DNA of 64,000 nucleotides. Origin: Somniosus microcephalus. Lineage: Eukaryota. A model generated the notes under the pieces. It searched no databases and was not told the DNA's origin. It saw only the letters and a list, made by a program, of their open reading frames with translations. A program made the position numbers and the translations under genes. Location: assembly GCA_052327205.1 (NCBI GenBank), contig CM126202.1, forward strand, positions 80,104,001 through 80,168,000. The letters are read 5' to 3'. This document shows, in pieces, positions 37,301 through 50,700 of the stretch (positions within the stretch are counted from its first letter, which is position 1; each line of letters opens with the position of its first letter).

Positions 37301-39341
37301 TTATTGGCCATTGTATGACCCCCCCCCCTAAAAATTTAGTTTTTAAACCCAAACTCCCACTCTCGAATCTCCAGTATGTCAATTAATTTTTAAAGCAATG
37401 TTTCCCCGCCGCGGGCCTGAAATGGGTCAGCCCGGCTTGTTTTGGGGGAAAACGTCCCTTTCGTGGTCGTTTACAGATTTTAAATGTAGTGAAACGCTAT
37501 TCGAACAGGCCTGGTTTCCTTGCTCTGATGGTCCAGGCGAGTTCCTCCTCGTGCGCCAGGTCCAAAGACAGCTCGGGACTCCTCACGATTTGGTACAGAC
37601 TTCTCATCGATAGAACAGGGTCACGGAGGATCCTCTGAAAATAATATGGAGCGCCTCCAGATGTATAGGGAAATAGGAATTAACTAAAGCAAAAAAAAGT
37701 TTTCAGATGATCACTGACCCGAGCGCTGGCAGAGTAGCAATAAAAAAAGTTCATCACCTGCCTGTGTTTTCATAGATATATCTGACACGGGTAATGACGA
37801 CCCTCTGTATCCCAGCCCCAGGGTTCATGCACATATAATCGCTATTATAAATCGTGGTATTATAATCTAATCTGCCCAAGTCTCATGCAGCTCCTCCAAT
37901 AATACCTCCCCGCTATATGATGGATACCCCTCTCCCATCCCGGAAGGATGAACTATGAACTCTACCAATTTGATTTCCTAACATTAATAGTGAGGCAATT
38001 AATTTCTAAAGGAAATTAAGTTACTTTAATGTGGAATGTGGACGACTTCCTGTAACAAAATGCGACACCACAAAAATATATGAAATATGAATGTAAATAT
38101 ATCTAATTAAACCGAGTGCCAGGGTGTAAGAGAAAAAGAAATATAAAGTGCCTTGTTTAGATTGATCCATTTGAGTTGTGAATTTGTATACGTCAGTATC
38201 CTTTCCGTCGGTGTAAATATGCAGCGGTTAGCTTGTGGTGTTCACGTGGGGTTGAGTGCCGCGTGTACAGATGTTCACGTTTGTGTTACTTGGCATAGTT
38301 TAATTTCAGTGTGGTTGGGTATTGGGTGCATAGAACCCAGTTAGAAATATTTGTGTCTGTGTATACGTGTAATGCTACATGTTTGTGTACACTTGTGACC
38401 CTGTAGGTACACGGCTCTATACGCTCAGGAGCCTGCTTTCGTTGCCCTCGTCCATATTACCAGGCTGTGTGGGTATCGGTCCGTCTAAAGGTAGGGCAGC
38501 GATCAGGGCTGCCGTTTGCAGTGAGAGGGTAGGATGTGCTAAGTGACCAGACTGCCTCTCCCTGTCACCCTAAACAGCACACTGTCTCTGCTAAAAAGCT
38601 GACGGTGAGATTGACGCTGAAACAGCAACGGTGCCTGCCGTCACTGCCCTGTGTTAACTGTGTCTATACGTTTCCTAGGCATTTCTGAGTGTTTATCTGT
38701 GTACCTACAAGGTGTTTACTGCCAGTACCGGAAGGGTTCACATACATTGAAGGATTATGTTGCTTTCTTATAACCTAAGGATTTTTTTCTGTATTATGCG
38801 TGGCTTTTACATGCTGGGGTTTTGGTGAATCGTTTTCTGCTATTCTCTGATATCTGATTCTCTTAATTTAAGGATTACCTTGTTGTCATATCCTTTCTGA
38901 TGGATTACCTGCAGGAAAGGCTTTGTCTGGGATATGTCGCTCTTGGATTATTTCTGCTCCTCATATCTGTAATGTTAGGTTTGAATTACTTCCGATTCTC
39001 TTGCCTCTAACACTATTTCCTATTATTACTCTCTTGCCTGTAAGATTGTTTCTATTATTAATATTCCGCCGAATTACACAGCCCGATGATCAACGTCTTC
39101 CTGTTTACACTATAATTTCTGATTTATTTTGACTTTTTGATACATGCTCGGGATTTGGCCTTCAACCCCAAAGTATTATTTCTGTATAATTTTAAATTCA
39201 GTTACTCTATCCAATTCCTTTTATCCGTGTTAACTTGTATCTAAAAGATGATTGTTGCAGACCTGTAATTGTCAGTTTGAACCCCGTTTGGTTCCAGGCA
39301 GATACCCTGTGTGACATTCCTCTCTTCCTCTTGCTTCTTAC

Positions 39342-39507
39342 CTGCCCAGAATTTTGCTGACGCAGCCGTGGCTCACCCTGAGCTGCCTGGAGATGTCACA
39401 GGGTCTCACCCCTTGGTGGGCCAGTTCCACGATCCGCTGCCGGACAACATCAGGAAGAGGGCGGCCATTCACAAAGACCCCTCCGAGCTGATTCACCCCG
39501 CCATGCC
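39342..39507 (-). CDS. PAX5: PAX5 exon 2 (paired domain N-terminal part)
   Basis: gtatacag|GGCATGGC...CTGGGCAG|gtaaga, 166 bp. Encodes [55 protein letters not shown]. Confidence 0.98.
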
Positions 39508-42003
39508 CTGTATACAACATACAAAACAGAGAGAGAGAAAAGAAACACTGCAGCCACACAGTAGAATTCCAACACTCAGTCTGCATCTCCCAGCTAGATT
39601 TATCGGTAACATACAGGGCCAGCAGAAATATGGGGGGGGCGGGGAGAGGAGGACAGAACCCCCTCCTCTGCACTAAGAGACTTTCCACAGTCATGGGGGC
39701 GGTGGTGGGGTGGGGGGACAACAGGGTGGGGATATACTGCAGCAGACCGGGTAGTGAAGAGAAAACCAGGAGGATGAACACACCGCAATGTGTTAAAGAA
39801 GGGAACATTTTTCAAACATGGGCTCCTGCATCAGCATGTCCAGGGACACAGCAGCTTCCTGGAATACCCCTCATAGCAACTGGACCTCAGGACAGGGACA
39901 GGGTTATACCCCAGTGCATTGTAAAAATTTATATAATATAGATCAACACTAGCTCCAGTAGCCAGACTTAAAAATATATATGAATGATGATTACTGCTGT
40001 GAGCTAGAGACACACATGAGTCGTTCACTGAAAGCGAAAGTGATCCACTGAATTCGGAACAGAAAACGAACCCCTTTCGGTGAAACTTCAGCTTCCTGTA
40101 AAAAAAAGTAGTCGCTCGGAGATTTGTGGACGGATTTCAGTCGCGCTCACAACCTTCTGGGACCAAGACGTGTTCCTTTTGAGTAATCGGCTGATGAATT
40201 GCGAGCGGCTCGATTCTCACACCCAATGTGACACGATTTTTAGATGTTTACTAGGCTGTCCCAGACAGCTCGTGGGTTATCTTGCTAAAACAAAATAGTA
40301 TTTTTTTCTCCAAATGTGGTAGTAATTGTCTACAAGTCTTTCAAGAAAACGAATGGTGAAGTGAATGATAAATCCTAACTCAAAACGATAATTAGATTTG
40401 TTTTTGTAAAAATCATTCCAAATTGAAATCAAAGCAATGGGATCGATATTCAGATCTATATTCAGAAATAAAATACAGCGCCTCAACATGACAAGTGTTA
40501 ATAAATGCAGATCAGTTACAATATTGTAACATTGCAAAAGCTGGGAGTGTTTGAGATAAATCGTCTCATTTAAATCTCCAGGGTTTTTTATTAGTCTGTG
40601 TCACAGCCGGAGGGAAGGAAAGTTATAACGGGAACGGATTGATACCTGCAGCAGAGGGGTAATCGGCGCCGGCAGATACTTAGCCTCTTTCGTTGCTACT
40701 TTTACTGGTTTTAGTAATAAGTGAAATTAACGTTTTGCTAATGAGCCAAAAATGATGCATTACTTCCGTTTTTTTCAGCGAGTTGCTATCTCATTTCAGT
40801 CTCTGGAGCAGAACATTACTAACTAGATTAGTTCATTTTTTAAAAATACCATCAGATTTCACGCCGGGTCCGTTTAAATTCCCTTTCATTTCCTAGTTTG
40901 ATTCGGAGATTTTGGTCCTTTTTTTAAAAAAAATAAAGCCGCGATTATTTACTATTAAAACGGGCCCTAATGAGTATACGTACAATTCAAACCCGGAACG
41001 GAGAAATACGGAATAGGATTATAAAAATATACATGACTTTGATAATAAGAACTGTTTTTAAAAATCAATAATGTGTGTTTCGATTTGAAAGTTTGTGCGC
41101 GCGCGTTTACTCCACATCACTGTGTTGTGACAATTTTAAATCGATACATATTTTTGGAGACGGAAGGGGAAACTCCAGCCTGATTTACACTCAATAAACC
41201 TGGTCAACGAGGTGCGATTCCTAAAGTGTGTTTAGTCCCCACTACAATATGATTAGTTCGAGTTGATAAAGCATCTGTTTACAAGCTGTAGGTATAATAA
41301 CTCTTAACACACCGTGATAGGATGTGTCATTTCACATAACACCGACCAAATGGACAAGTCCCAGCCAACTCTGTCAACCAAAACAAACGTGCTGGAGATT
41401 TCTGCGCGGTCCAAGACCATCAGAGCGGACTTTCACTGCTTTACATCAGCTTAATCCTCGTCGTTTACTCACAAAAGTAAATACAATCGGAGAAAGCAAA
41501 ATCAAACAGTTACACGTCAACCTTATTTAATCCCCTAGTTAATGCTCTTTTGCAATTTACAGGCAACTAGATTATTTTTTTGTTTTGTTCACAAATTTTA
41601 ATGATGCATCTATTAATGCAACTGACTTTTACTAACAAACGATGCTCGACACAGAAAGCAACAATATCGCATCCCATTTCGTAGTAAAAGTATTAGTAAT
41701 TAAGATGATATTGCAACTATGTCCGCGAATGTTGTCGTTTTCTGTTTAATTGTGGGAATTAAGAAATCGTTTAATTAACTCGTTTTTAATTCGGGAAAAT
41801 CGGGGATGATATTAAAATTAGCAGTGCACGTGTGACTCGGCCGTGCCTTTCTGCAAAAAGGGCTCCCTTTCAAAGACTTCGCGTTGCTCCAGCTCTAGGG
41901 CCATCTGATCATCAGCTTGTGGAACCGGGTGCTCCAGCACTCCTTACACACTCTCACTCACTAGGAACCGCCAGACAAGCCAGGGAAGGAGCTGCCTACT
42001 TAC

Positions 42004-42046
42004 TATGCATTGCTGCAAACGGGTCGTGCTTACAGTGGATTTCCAT
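42004..42046 (-). CDS. PAX5: PAX5 exon 1B coding part
   Basis: ATGGAAATCCACTGTAAGCACGACCCGTTTGCAGCAATGCATA|gtaagt encodes MEIHCKHDPFAAMH(R). Phase 1 matches exon 2. Confidence 0.96.
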
Positions 42047-42499
42047 GAAAAGGCGCAGCCGGTCTTCAACTCGGAGAAAACCTCGATTTCCTGGTCTGGA
42101 TTTAACCCCTTCACCTATACTCCCAAAAACAAAAGAGGCGTGAGCAGCACCCCACGCAAACCCAGAAGAAGATCTCGATGTCAGCCACTAATTGCAGGTC
42201 CTGCGTCTTTGTGATCCTCAAGGTTTCGGACGGATTGTGTAAGGAACGTAAAAGTTAAGTTTGTCAAATGCAATGCATTGCCCCCAAAAAACGGATCCAA
42301 TTACTACCCAGTGACAGCAGTGAATTTTAACTTCGAAATCGTTCACACCCGGAAAAAAATCCTTTTATGAATTCCAGCTTCTTTTTTTGGCGTTTTCCTG
42401 TGCAATTTGTCCGCTGTGTGTGTGAAGGCGGGTTCCCGTTTCCCCGGAGTGCGCTGGCCCCCTGCTCTGTATTCAGTCGCGCTCACTCTCCTCCATAGT

Positions 42500-42865
42500 G
42501 TTTAAATGTGGCTGAGCCCGCGGTGATTCGGCGCTGATTCGCCCGAAGCTCAGCCCTGCGGGGACGGCGCACAGCTCCGGCCGCTGTCAATCACACCACC
42601 ACCAGCCAATCAAGGAACAGTCGCCATTCTCGATGACCAATCGCGCCCAGCAGCCGAGCGCGCTGACCAATCCCCGGGCGAGCTACTGACTCATTCACCA
42701 ATGACACCCCCGTCTAAGAGAATTGACCAATCGCACGGACCTCATTTTTAACATTCACCAATGATGTGCAGGTCTTAGAGATGCAAGAGGCGGTCTCTTT
42801 GCTAATTGGTTATCTCATACTGCACCCTGATTGGCTCACACTGCTAAACCCTAGGGGCGGGCCTC
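42500..42865 (-). promoter_or_regulatory. PAX5 exon 1B TATA-less promoter (CCAAT array, GC box, PBX/PREP decamer)
   Basis: CCAAT at 42606, 42637, 42667, 42698, 42727, 42758; ATTGG at 42805, 42830; GGGGCGGG ~42854; CTGTCAATCA 42584-42593. CpG-rich and ~0.5-0.8 kb upstream of the 1B ATG. Confidence 0.75.
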
Positions 42866-43785
42866 TCTATTAAAGGGAATTCATTCACATGTTCAAAAAT
42901 GAATTTAATTTTTCATTTGAATAATTTTAGACAATAATTTTCCATAGCAAATCCTTTGGCTTCTTTTTTATATATGAATAAGTCCTTCACTTCTACTCTA
43001 AGTTAAAGAGCCTGTATGAAATTCTAGTTTCTGACTTTAGTGCTAATACCAGTTTTAGAGAAAGTGGTGCAGAAGTTGACACTAAACAAATGAGTCATGT
43101 TAGATGGTTAGAAAAATACATTGCAGTACAACAAAATTAAGACATTGTTGGAAATTTTATTTACAAAACAGTTCTTGGGAAGGACTAAATGCAAAGCTGT
43201 TAATAGTGAAGGGTCGATTTGTATGCCAGTTTATATTGACTATACATAAAAGGTCTTGGGGCTTTTACCTTATTTGAGGAGTGATCACCTGCAGCGTTAA
43301 ATAAACGTGTAGACAGAGAACGGTCATCTTTTGGCCAGTTAACAGGTGTCAAATGTTCACAGCTTGCTGACCATTACATTTGATTTTAAACTTTATTTAG
43401 CTTAACTGTAGGGGAAAGTGCATTAAATACTGTGCTAAATATTTAACACTAATTGAGCTTAAAATATTTATCCTACTAAGGTACGAAGGGAAAACGTTAA
43501 CATTTCAACTCCGTAGATTTGGAAATAATGAAAAAAATCTGCCCACTGCGAGTTAATCCTCTAAGCCAATAAATCACTCCTTTTTAATTTTTCAAAAATC
43601 TTACTGGTCACTTACACAGGCTTAATTGTAATCGTGGTCAGTCCAATTTGAAGGGCATGTCGTTTCGTCTCATTTTCATTGCTAACTCTCCACCTGCTGC
43701 TGGAGATCACCTGGCTGCTGAAATTTGCTCTTTTCTGCACGACTTCACAGTACTCGCACACAGACCTGTATTTCCACACACAGAT

Positions 43786-44393
43786 NNNNNNNNNNNNNNN
43801 NNNNNNNNNNNNNNNNNNNNNNNNNNNNNNNNNNNNNNNNNNNNNNNNNNNNNNNNNNNNNNNNNNNNNNNNNNNNNNNNNNNNNNNNNNNNNNNNNNNN
43901 NNNNNNNNNNNNNNNNNNNNNNNNNNNNNNNNNNNNNNNNNNNNNNNNNNNNNNNNNNNNNNNNNNNNNNNNNNNNNNNNNNNNNNNNNNNNNNNNNNNN
44001 NNNNNNNNNNNNNNNNNNNNNNNNNNNNNNNNNNNNNNNNNNNNNNNNNNNNNNNNNNNNNNNNNNNNNNNNNNNNNNNNNNNNNNNNNNNNNNNNNNNN
44101 NNNNNNNNNNNNNNNNNNNNNNNNNNNNNNNNNNNNNNNNNNNNNNNNNNNNNNNNNNNNNNNNNNNNNNNNNNNNNNNNNNNNNNNNNNNNNNNNNNNN
44201 NNNNNNNNNNNNNNNNNNNNNNNNNNNNNNNNNNNNNNNNNNNNNNNNNNNNNNNNNNNNNNNNNNNNNNNNNNNNNNNNNNNNNNNNNNNNNNNNNNNN
44301 NNNNNNNNNNNNNNNNNNNNNNNNNNNNNNNNNNNNNNNNNNNNNNNNNNNNNNNNNNNNNNNNNNNNNNNNNNNNNNNNNNNNNNNNNNNNN
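43786..44393. other. Assembly gap (608 N)
   Basis: Run of N. Both flanks share ACCTGTATTTCCACA in CA-rich context, suggesting an unresolved tandem repeat. Confidence 0.99.
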
Positions 44394-46039
44394 ACACACA
44401 TATACACCTGTATTTCCACAATACGCATATACTTGTATTTGCACACACACATATATTTTTGTTTTTTGCATAAATATATTTGCATCGGAACTATTTATCA
44501 TTTTTGTGGACAATTGTGTTTTATTCAATAATACAGTAAACTTCCACGACTACTTAACACTGGATAAGTATTATGTGTTATAGCCAACATTTCAAATGGA
44601 CAACAGCAATAACACATCAATACATAGATAGCATACTGTTTAATTCTGTAACCTCAGAATATCTTGCCTCCCAGAATTACAGAAACAAATCGCCTCACTG
44701 TTTTATTCGGAAGATCAGTAAAGAATTGAAAAGCGTTTTCAAAGTAAAAGTCACGAATTTCACATCTATAAAACACATTTGATGTTCCAAATCAAAACTT
44801 AATTTGGATTTCAAATGCCACTAATTACAATTATATTTTATTTTTTGGCATACAACAGCTTTAATACCTATATTGAAATGTCCACAGATACACGTTAATA
44901 GAGTTTAGCAATTGCTATTTTTATAAGTACGTTACAATGTTAATGTAAGAGAAATAAAATGTCATCGTTATTTATAGTAACCTGTTTGATAACTTACTAT
45001 TTTCAATCAAATGTTTCCACCATTCTAAGAAACCTGGGGCCTTTATTATCTTTATAAACGAAAATCCAAACCCGTATTTTATTATTTCAACGTAAGGCTC
45101 GGGTTATAGAAAGTGTTATAGGAGCAGATACTTGGTCAGCAGGTTGAATTTCATGGCGTTAAAATTCTAATTGGATTGATATGGATGTGGTGAATTTTCG
45201 AAGGTGGACTGAACTGAGGGCAAATGATAGTTGGTCGCACTTTTTAAATATAAATAAAATGCCTTTGGTGGGATATTAAGAATAAGCACCCAGTAACTGC
45301 AGCCCTATTGGTACAATTCAGCATCTTTTCCTTAATCTAGCCCAGCTTTCGCGCGCCGGGGTCTTGACAAATTTCCGCCCCCACCCCCCCCCCCCCCCCA
45401 ATTTTAGTGCTGTCACTGAACCCGCTGTTTAGTTATCCCCTGCGGCTGTGCCTAAATGATTTCCAAGATATGACTTTGTTTTCACATCAGCAAGCTCATA
45501 GTTTCCTGTCTAGGAGCTAGCTGACTCTATAGATAATGCATTGCTGCACGGGGTAAAATATGTCGACAGTCTCTGATAATTTGAACTTCTCTAAAGTTAT
45601 ACTTTACGAAGGATTGCAGAATTCTTTTCCTGTGGGTACAGCTTTATCAAATCAAACAGTTGTTATTTCTAGTTGTGAAATGCGGCTTTCAAGTTCTCCA
45701 ACTGGCCCAAAATGGGGCTTCGAACTAAATGAGGCTTAAACTGGGGCCTTGCTCACCAAGCCAGTTTTCAAATACACCGGCTTGGGACTATTAAAGGACA
45801 CCCTTTCCGTTTTACTGACATTTACACCCCGAGGTGTTGCTAATATGTTGCAAACTCTTCATGCAAGGACACCGCAGAGATCTGCTCACAGCAATTCATT
45901 CCTCTCCGCAATAGTGAAGTGTCCTCATGCTACAAGCCAAGTAATGGCGATGTATCTCCATCCAAGCAAAGCGGGTAATGTCCTCTATAAAAGCCTGCGT
46001 GGTAGCAAAAGTAAACAAACAGGGCCTTCCTATCCCGTC

Positions 46040-46420
46040 CTAACTTCCTTCCCCTATTCTATTATGTAAAGAAGCAGCTCCTCAATTTCTGACTACACTT
46101 CAGCCCAACGCTCATGCTCTGTGGCCAACCGGTGCCAGCCGGTGCATAGGGGGACGGGGCAGGATGGAGAATCTCCTCGAGGGGCTGCCCTTGGGTCTGA
46201 CCAAAACCATCATCCATTGGTCCAGAATGCGTGAGATCCACCGGGAGGGTCGCTCTGACCGTTTGCCTCTCGTCCGCGGACTTGTGATGGCCTTGGAGAG
46301 GGACGGCGTGGTGTCAACCGTGGCTCAAGTGTTCCACGACCTGTGGGCACCGTGGGACATTAATTGGATAATTGATGGGGCAAACCAAATTATGATTTAG
46401 TTTTACTTATTATTTTTATA
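46040..46420 (+). mobile_element. Tx1-clade LINE ORF2 C-terminal fragment
   Basis: Translation LLNF*LHFSPTLML...LGLTKTIIHWSR...LPLVRG...LERDGVVST...FHDLWAP resembles the Tx1/L1-Tx1 ORF2 end. Recalled, not searched. Confidence 0.6.
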
Positions 46421-47431
46421 TCTCAGTTGGAATAGACCATGTGAGGGTATTACCTTAGCGGTGATCTCTTCCTGAGGGGACACTTGCAATGATGCTGCTG
46501 TTTAGATGGCTCTGGAATGTCATTGCCATCCTACTGGTCTATCTCACAATATTCCGGCGCAGATTGCCTCTTTATAAAAGGCAAGAACGTCAAAAATAAT
46601 GCTTTTTTCTAACATTCTTGACGTTTTCACATGTTCGAAACCCTTTAAGCTTCAATAATTTTCTAAAAATGCCAATTCAGTTAATCGAACTAAACTGCAC
46701 GTTTATTTAAGCAAACTTCCTGAAGTTTAGTTGTGACCCCTCTCACCTATCAAATGTAATGAACGCACCCTCTAAACTACGCAATAGTCATTAGTTAGAA
46801 ACGCTAACTAACTAAAGACTCAAACCTATAATTTCCGATGCTGAAGCATCTCGAACAATAAGCCACGGGGTGTTGGATCATTGTGGGGTGTCATGTTTAA
46901 AGGCAATAGATCATTCCGCTTCTTACTGGCCCATCTCAGCCTCAACAGAAGAGAAAATTACTCTCCAACTCGAAGCTATTTGGGATCTTTTCATCACCCG
47001 TCCTAAAACCTAATACAATATCTGATTCACTCTAATTTCACAAAGACCTTGCACAAAACTTCATTTATCGAAGAATCCTTAACTGTAAGGAATTCTTAGC
47101 ATCGAAACAACAGCGAACAAGAGGTGTCTGCGGAAGACGCGCCAGCTGTGGCGGCAAAAAGGGGAGAGGTAGGGGTAATCCAGGTGTACACAGAAATCTG
47201 CGGGAGACCAATTACCGCACCACGATACCGATTTTGCGGCAGAGTGGTGTGTGTATACGAGATACTCACCATGAAGGATAGGTAAGAAGGAGTCGGCAGA
47301 AAGCACAGCCAGGGCTGTCAGTGTGGAAACATTCTGCTCTAGAAATATATGTGCTCGGGCCTTGTGATTAGATCTGCCATGAAAGGTCAGCGCATGTTAA
47401 GATAGCCTTTGCTTTTGGGAAGTTATGATTT

Positions 47432-47775
47432 TGTTCATTCTCAGGATGTGGGTGTTGCTGGCAAGGCCGGAATTTATTGCTCACCCATAACAACTGAGTG
47501 GCTTGCTAGGCCACTTCAGAGAGCAATTAAATGTCAGCCCTATTGGTGTGGAACTGGAGTCGCATATAGGCCTTACGGGTAAGGATGGCAGGTTTCCTTC
47601 TTTAAAGGACGTTAGTGAACCAGTTGGGATTTTATGACAATCCGACAGCTTCTTGATCACTTTTGCTGATTTTTACTTCTAGATTTTTAAAAACTGAATT
47701 CAAACCGCCATGGTTTCTGGATTATTACTCCAAGCCGCTGGATTTCTAGTCCAGTAGCATAACCACTACACTATC
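47432..47775 (-). mobile_element. tRNA-derived SINE
   Basis: Minus-strand head TAGTGTAGTGGTTATGCTACTGGACTAG is tRNA-like. The 3' end (TCATTCTCAGGATGTGGGTGTTGCTGGCAAGGCC on +) recurs at 63963-64000. Confidence 0.7.
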
Positions 47776-50700
47776 TACCCATAAACCCATGCTAATTCTC
47801 AACGCTCACCATCAAAGGCTGCATTTACACTGCGTCAAAGCAAAAATTAGTTTTTAATGGTTTGGGCCCACAAAAGCGGCAGTATAACTCAAGGAGGCGG
47901 CGTCAGACCGTCTTGACCTCCCAAAGGTGCTGTCTAAATTCAGCCGAGAGTTATTCTACTCCGCACAACTAACTGTCTTGGGTTAACAAATGGATGGAAC
48001 TATTTCAGTCAACTTCCACCTTAACTTCGTTCTAGTGACGGCTTAGTGCATGTGCATCGCCAGGTTAGCACTGGCTGGAAAGTAGTGTCAAGTGTGCATG
48101 GCGCTAAAATGTTGGATAATTCAGGAGTCAGATCAACCATCTGACTCCCAAAGGTACTAAAGCAAGAGTTGTGAACCCCTCTCAAGCAGATTAGGCACAG
48201 GGGAAGTATAACTCCAAGCCCCATTTTAAAAGTGCGGTCAATTGGAGTCACTATGAACTTTACAAACTTATCATTGGCTTTTAATGCTGCAATTCCTACG
48301 TTCTCTCTCGTGGTATTAAAATGAGCGCCTTGGGGAGCAAAGACCCACGTAGGTGACCAAACACCTATACACAGAGGCTATTTGTTGCTAAACTCACCAA
48401 CAGGGGCAGTGTGCAGTATAACTGCGGTCTGCGGTCTGGAAGTTGTACTGTAAACATACCAGTCTAAGGAGGTAGTATAACTGCAGCCTCAAATTACACA
48501 GATTATAATCCATGGCATATAAACAGAATTCCTATGTGCGGGGCTTTCGAAACTTGTCCCAGTGTAGTGTGCCCACAGAAGGAAACTGCAGCCACTCCCC
48601 CCACTGAACTGGACCAGTCTCAGTGCACACCCCGGTGTAGATGTGGTCATTGCGTGCACCATTCTACAGAATGAGTGGGACGGTTCTTGCGCCACTTCCG
48701 CTTCCAGTTTGGATCCACGGATCGAACGGGTCCTCTCGGATTTTCCTTTAAAATCCCGCTTAATCGCCCACACTGGGGGAGGGAGCAGAGTGAGATCGTT
48801 GTGAAGATTACAGCGTTTGTGCAGAGCTGTACATTGGAACCTTCGACAGAGGGCACCAACTCTCACCAACTACTGCTTGTCACTTTCTCCTTCACCAGCA
48901 CCACTTCCCCCTCTCTTCGTTCCCCTGGACACCTCTATTCTTCGGAGTGCAATTTTAACTTTTTTTTTCTATTTCCATTTGCCTATTGTCTGTATAATTT
49001 CGCATTTCCCCAATATATTCATTCATTCCCTCGTCTCTAATAGTTGCTTGCATTAAATTTGCTTTAACTGTTTGTCTTTGAAATGTTGCTCGGCCGCGTT
49101 ATTATCTTGGGGATGGCTTCTGAACCCCTAGTGGAGCAAACTAATCGCTTCTTACGCCTTCACTTAACAGTCCGAAGATTAGTGACGGTAACACTGGAAC
49201 TAAACGGCCATGGCCGCTGTCAACTAATTAGAGTCGCGATAATTTTGAAACAATTTACGTCTAAGAAAATTTTAAATCCAATGATTGGGACGATTCATAA
49301 TCAAATATAAATACTAAATTTATAAGTAATATATTACATTTCGGCAACTGATGTTGCTATATTCATTATTCACAGAGCGACTACAAATGTCAACTGCTAG
49401 GTTTTAAATGTGATGCCTGATGGTATTTGCATATCAGCACACGGTAATATAACCTGAATTTAAACACAGACTGTTTCAGTAGTGTAATTCACCTCCCGGG
49501 TCGGAAATGAGTCTAACTGGTCAATATGAGCATTACCGTCCAGTGAGTGTGTGTCCTTCCTCCTGAAATTCTCCTTAACTGGAACATTTTCTGTGAAATT
49601 AATCGAGAGGCTTTATTTTCACTCAAAGAATTCCAATGTCAAAGTAGGGATCGGCGGCTGCCGGTACAATCTACGCCAAAATAAACCCGCTCTAGTAATC
49701 AGGTATTGCTGGCAATTCCAGAACTCGGGTCGGGCTTTGGACGATGCCGGTGAACATTGGTTTCACTTGTTATTTGTTTTCTGATGCAACATTGTCTCCG
49801 AACAAACTCACAATGTTGCGTTGCAACGGGATCATCTTTAAACGGTAAGCCTTCCAACTTTACCAGTGAAAATGACAAAAGTCCTTTTGCAAGTGACTGG
49901 TCACTCAGCTCTGACAGTGCAACTTGCTTCCAGTAGTCCTGTAACTCACTCAAATCTACACGGGATGCAAGATGTGAAGGGCAGGTTGTTTCAATCACCA
50001 GTGTGTATCTTTACATGCCGCTATAGGCACTGTACTATATGGGTCTGATGTTAGATCTCTGATCTACTGTGGTGTCAGCCACCCACTATTTACAATATTT
50101 CATATTGGGATTCAGTGGAACAGATACAGAGGATGAATTATGGAAAGAATTGTGACGGAAGATAATACATCTATCGATTCTCCTTGTATAATATACAGCG
50201 CACTTCTAAAGGTCTGGCTTACTCTCGTGTTTCCCTGCAGCTTGACAGGTGACTGACACTTGCGACCTGGCAAATCTAATCTTTCTACATCAAGAAACAT
50301 ATGAAGGCCATTGATTTAAGGGAGACATTTTAGAAGGGGCTCGAAATTATCTGTGAGCGTGAAGGTGGATAAAAATGTGATTGTTGTCAAGTCAGGAAGA
50401 GCAAGGAGGCTGGGCTGTGCTGGAATCCTCAACTCTCAACACACTTGACCATTTCACAAGTCTGACTTTATCCTCTCACCTTCCGTCACTACAGTTCGTA
50501 ATAGCTGAATCTCCCTATGATTAAAATAACAATTTAAAATAATAGCGAACAATCCATAATTTGCTCCAGAATTTCCAGGTGAAGCATCCCCTCCCCTCCC
50601 TTCACCCCTCCGCTCTGCTCTGTGGTTTTAGCCGTGCCGGTACAGAACCTTCTTCAATGGGGTGAGGGGCAGGTCAGTGCGCTTCTATCTTAAGAGCAAC

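Noticed and set aside
39508-39808. N-terminal extension of the 156-aa ORF containing the paired box
   Set aside because: Intronic read-through upstream of a clear polypyrimidine tract and CAG acceptor at 39508.
43612-44583. ORFs containing long X runs
   Set aside because: Artefacts of the N gap.
50112-50300. Candidate extra first exon MFLDVERLD...NTR with a GTAAGC donor
   Set aside because: The donor is phase 0, incompatible with phase-1 exon 2, and the peptide does not resemble known PAX5 N-termini.
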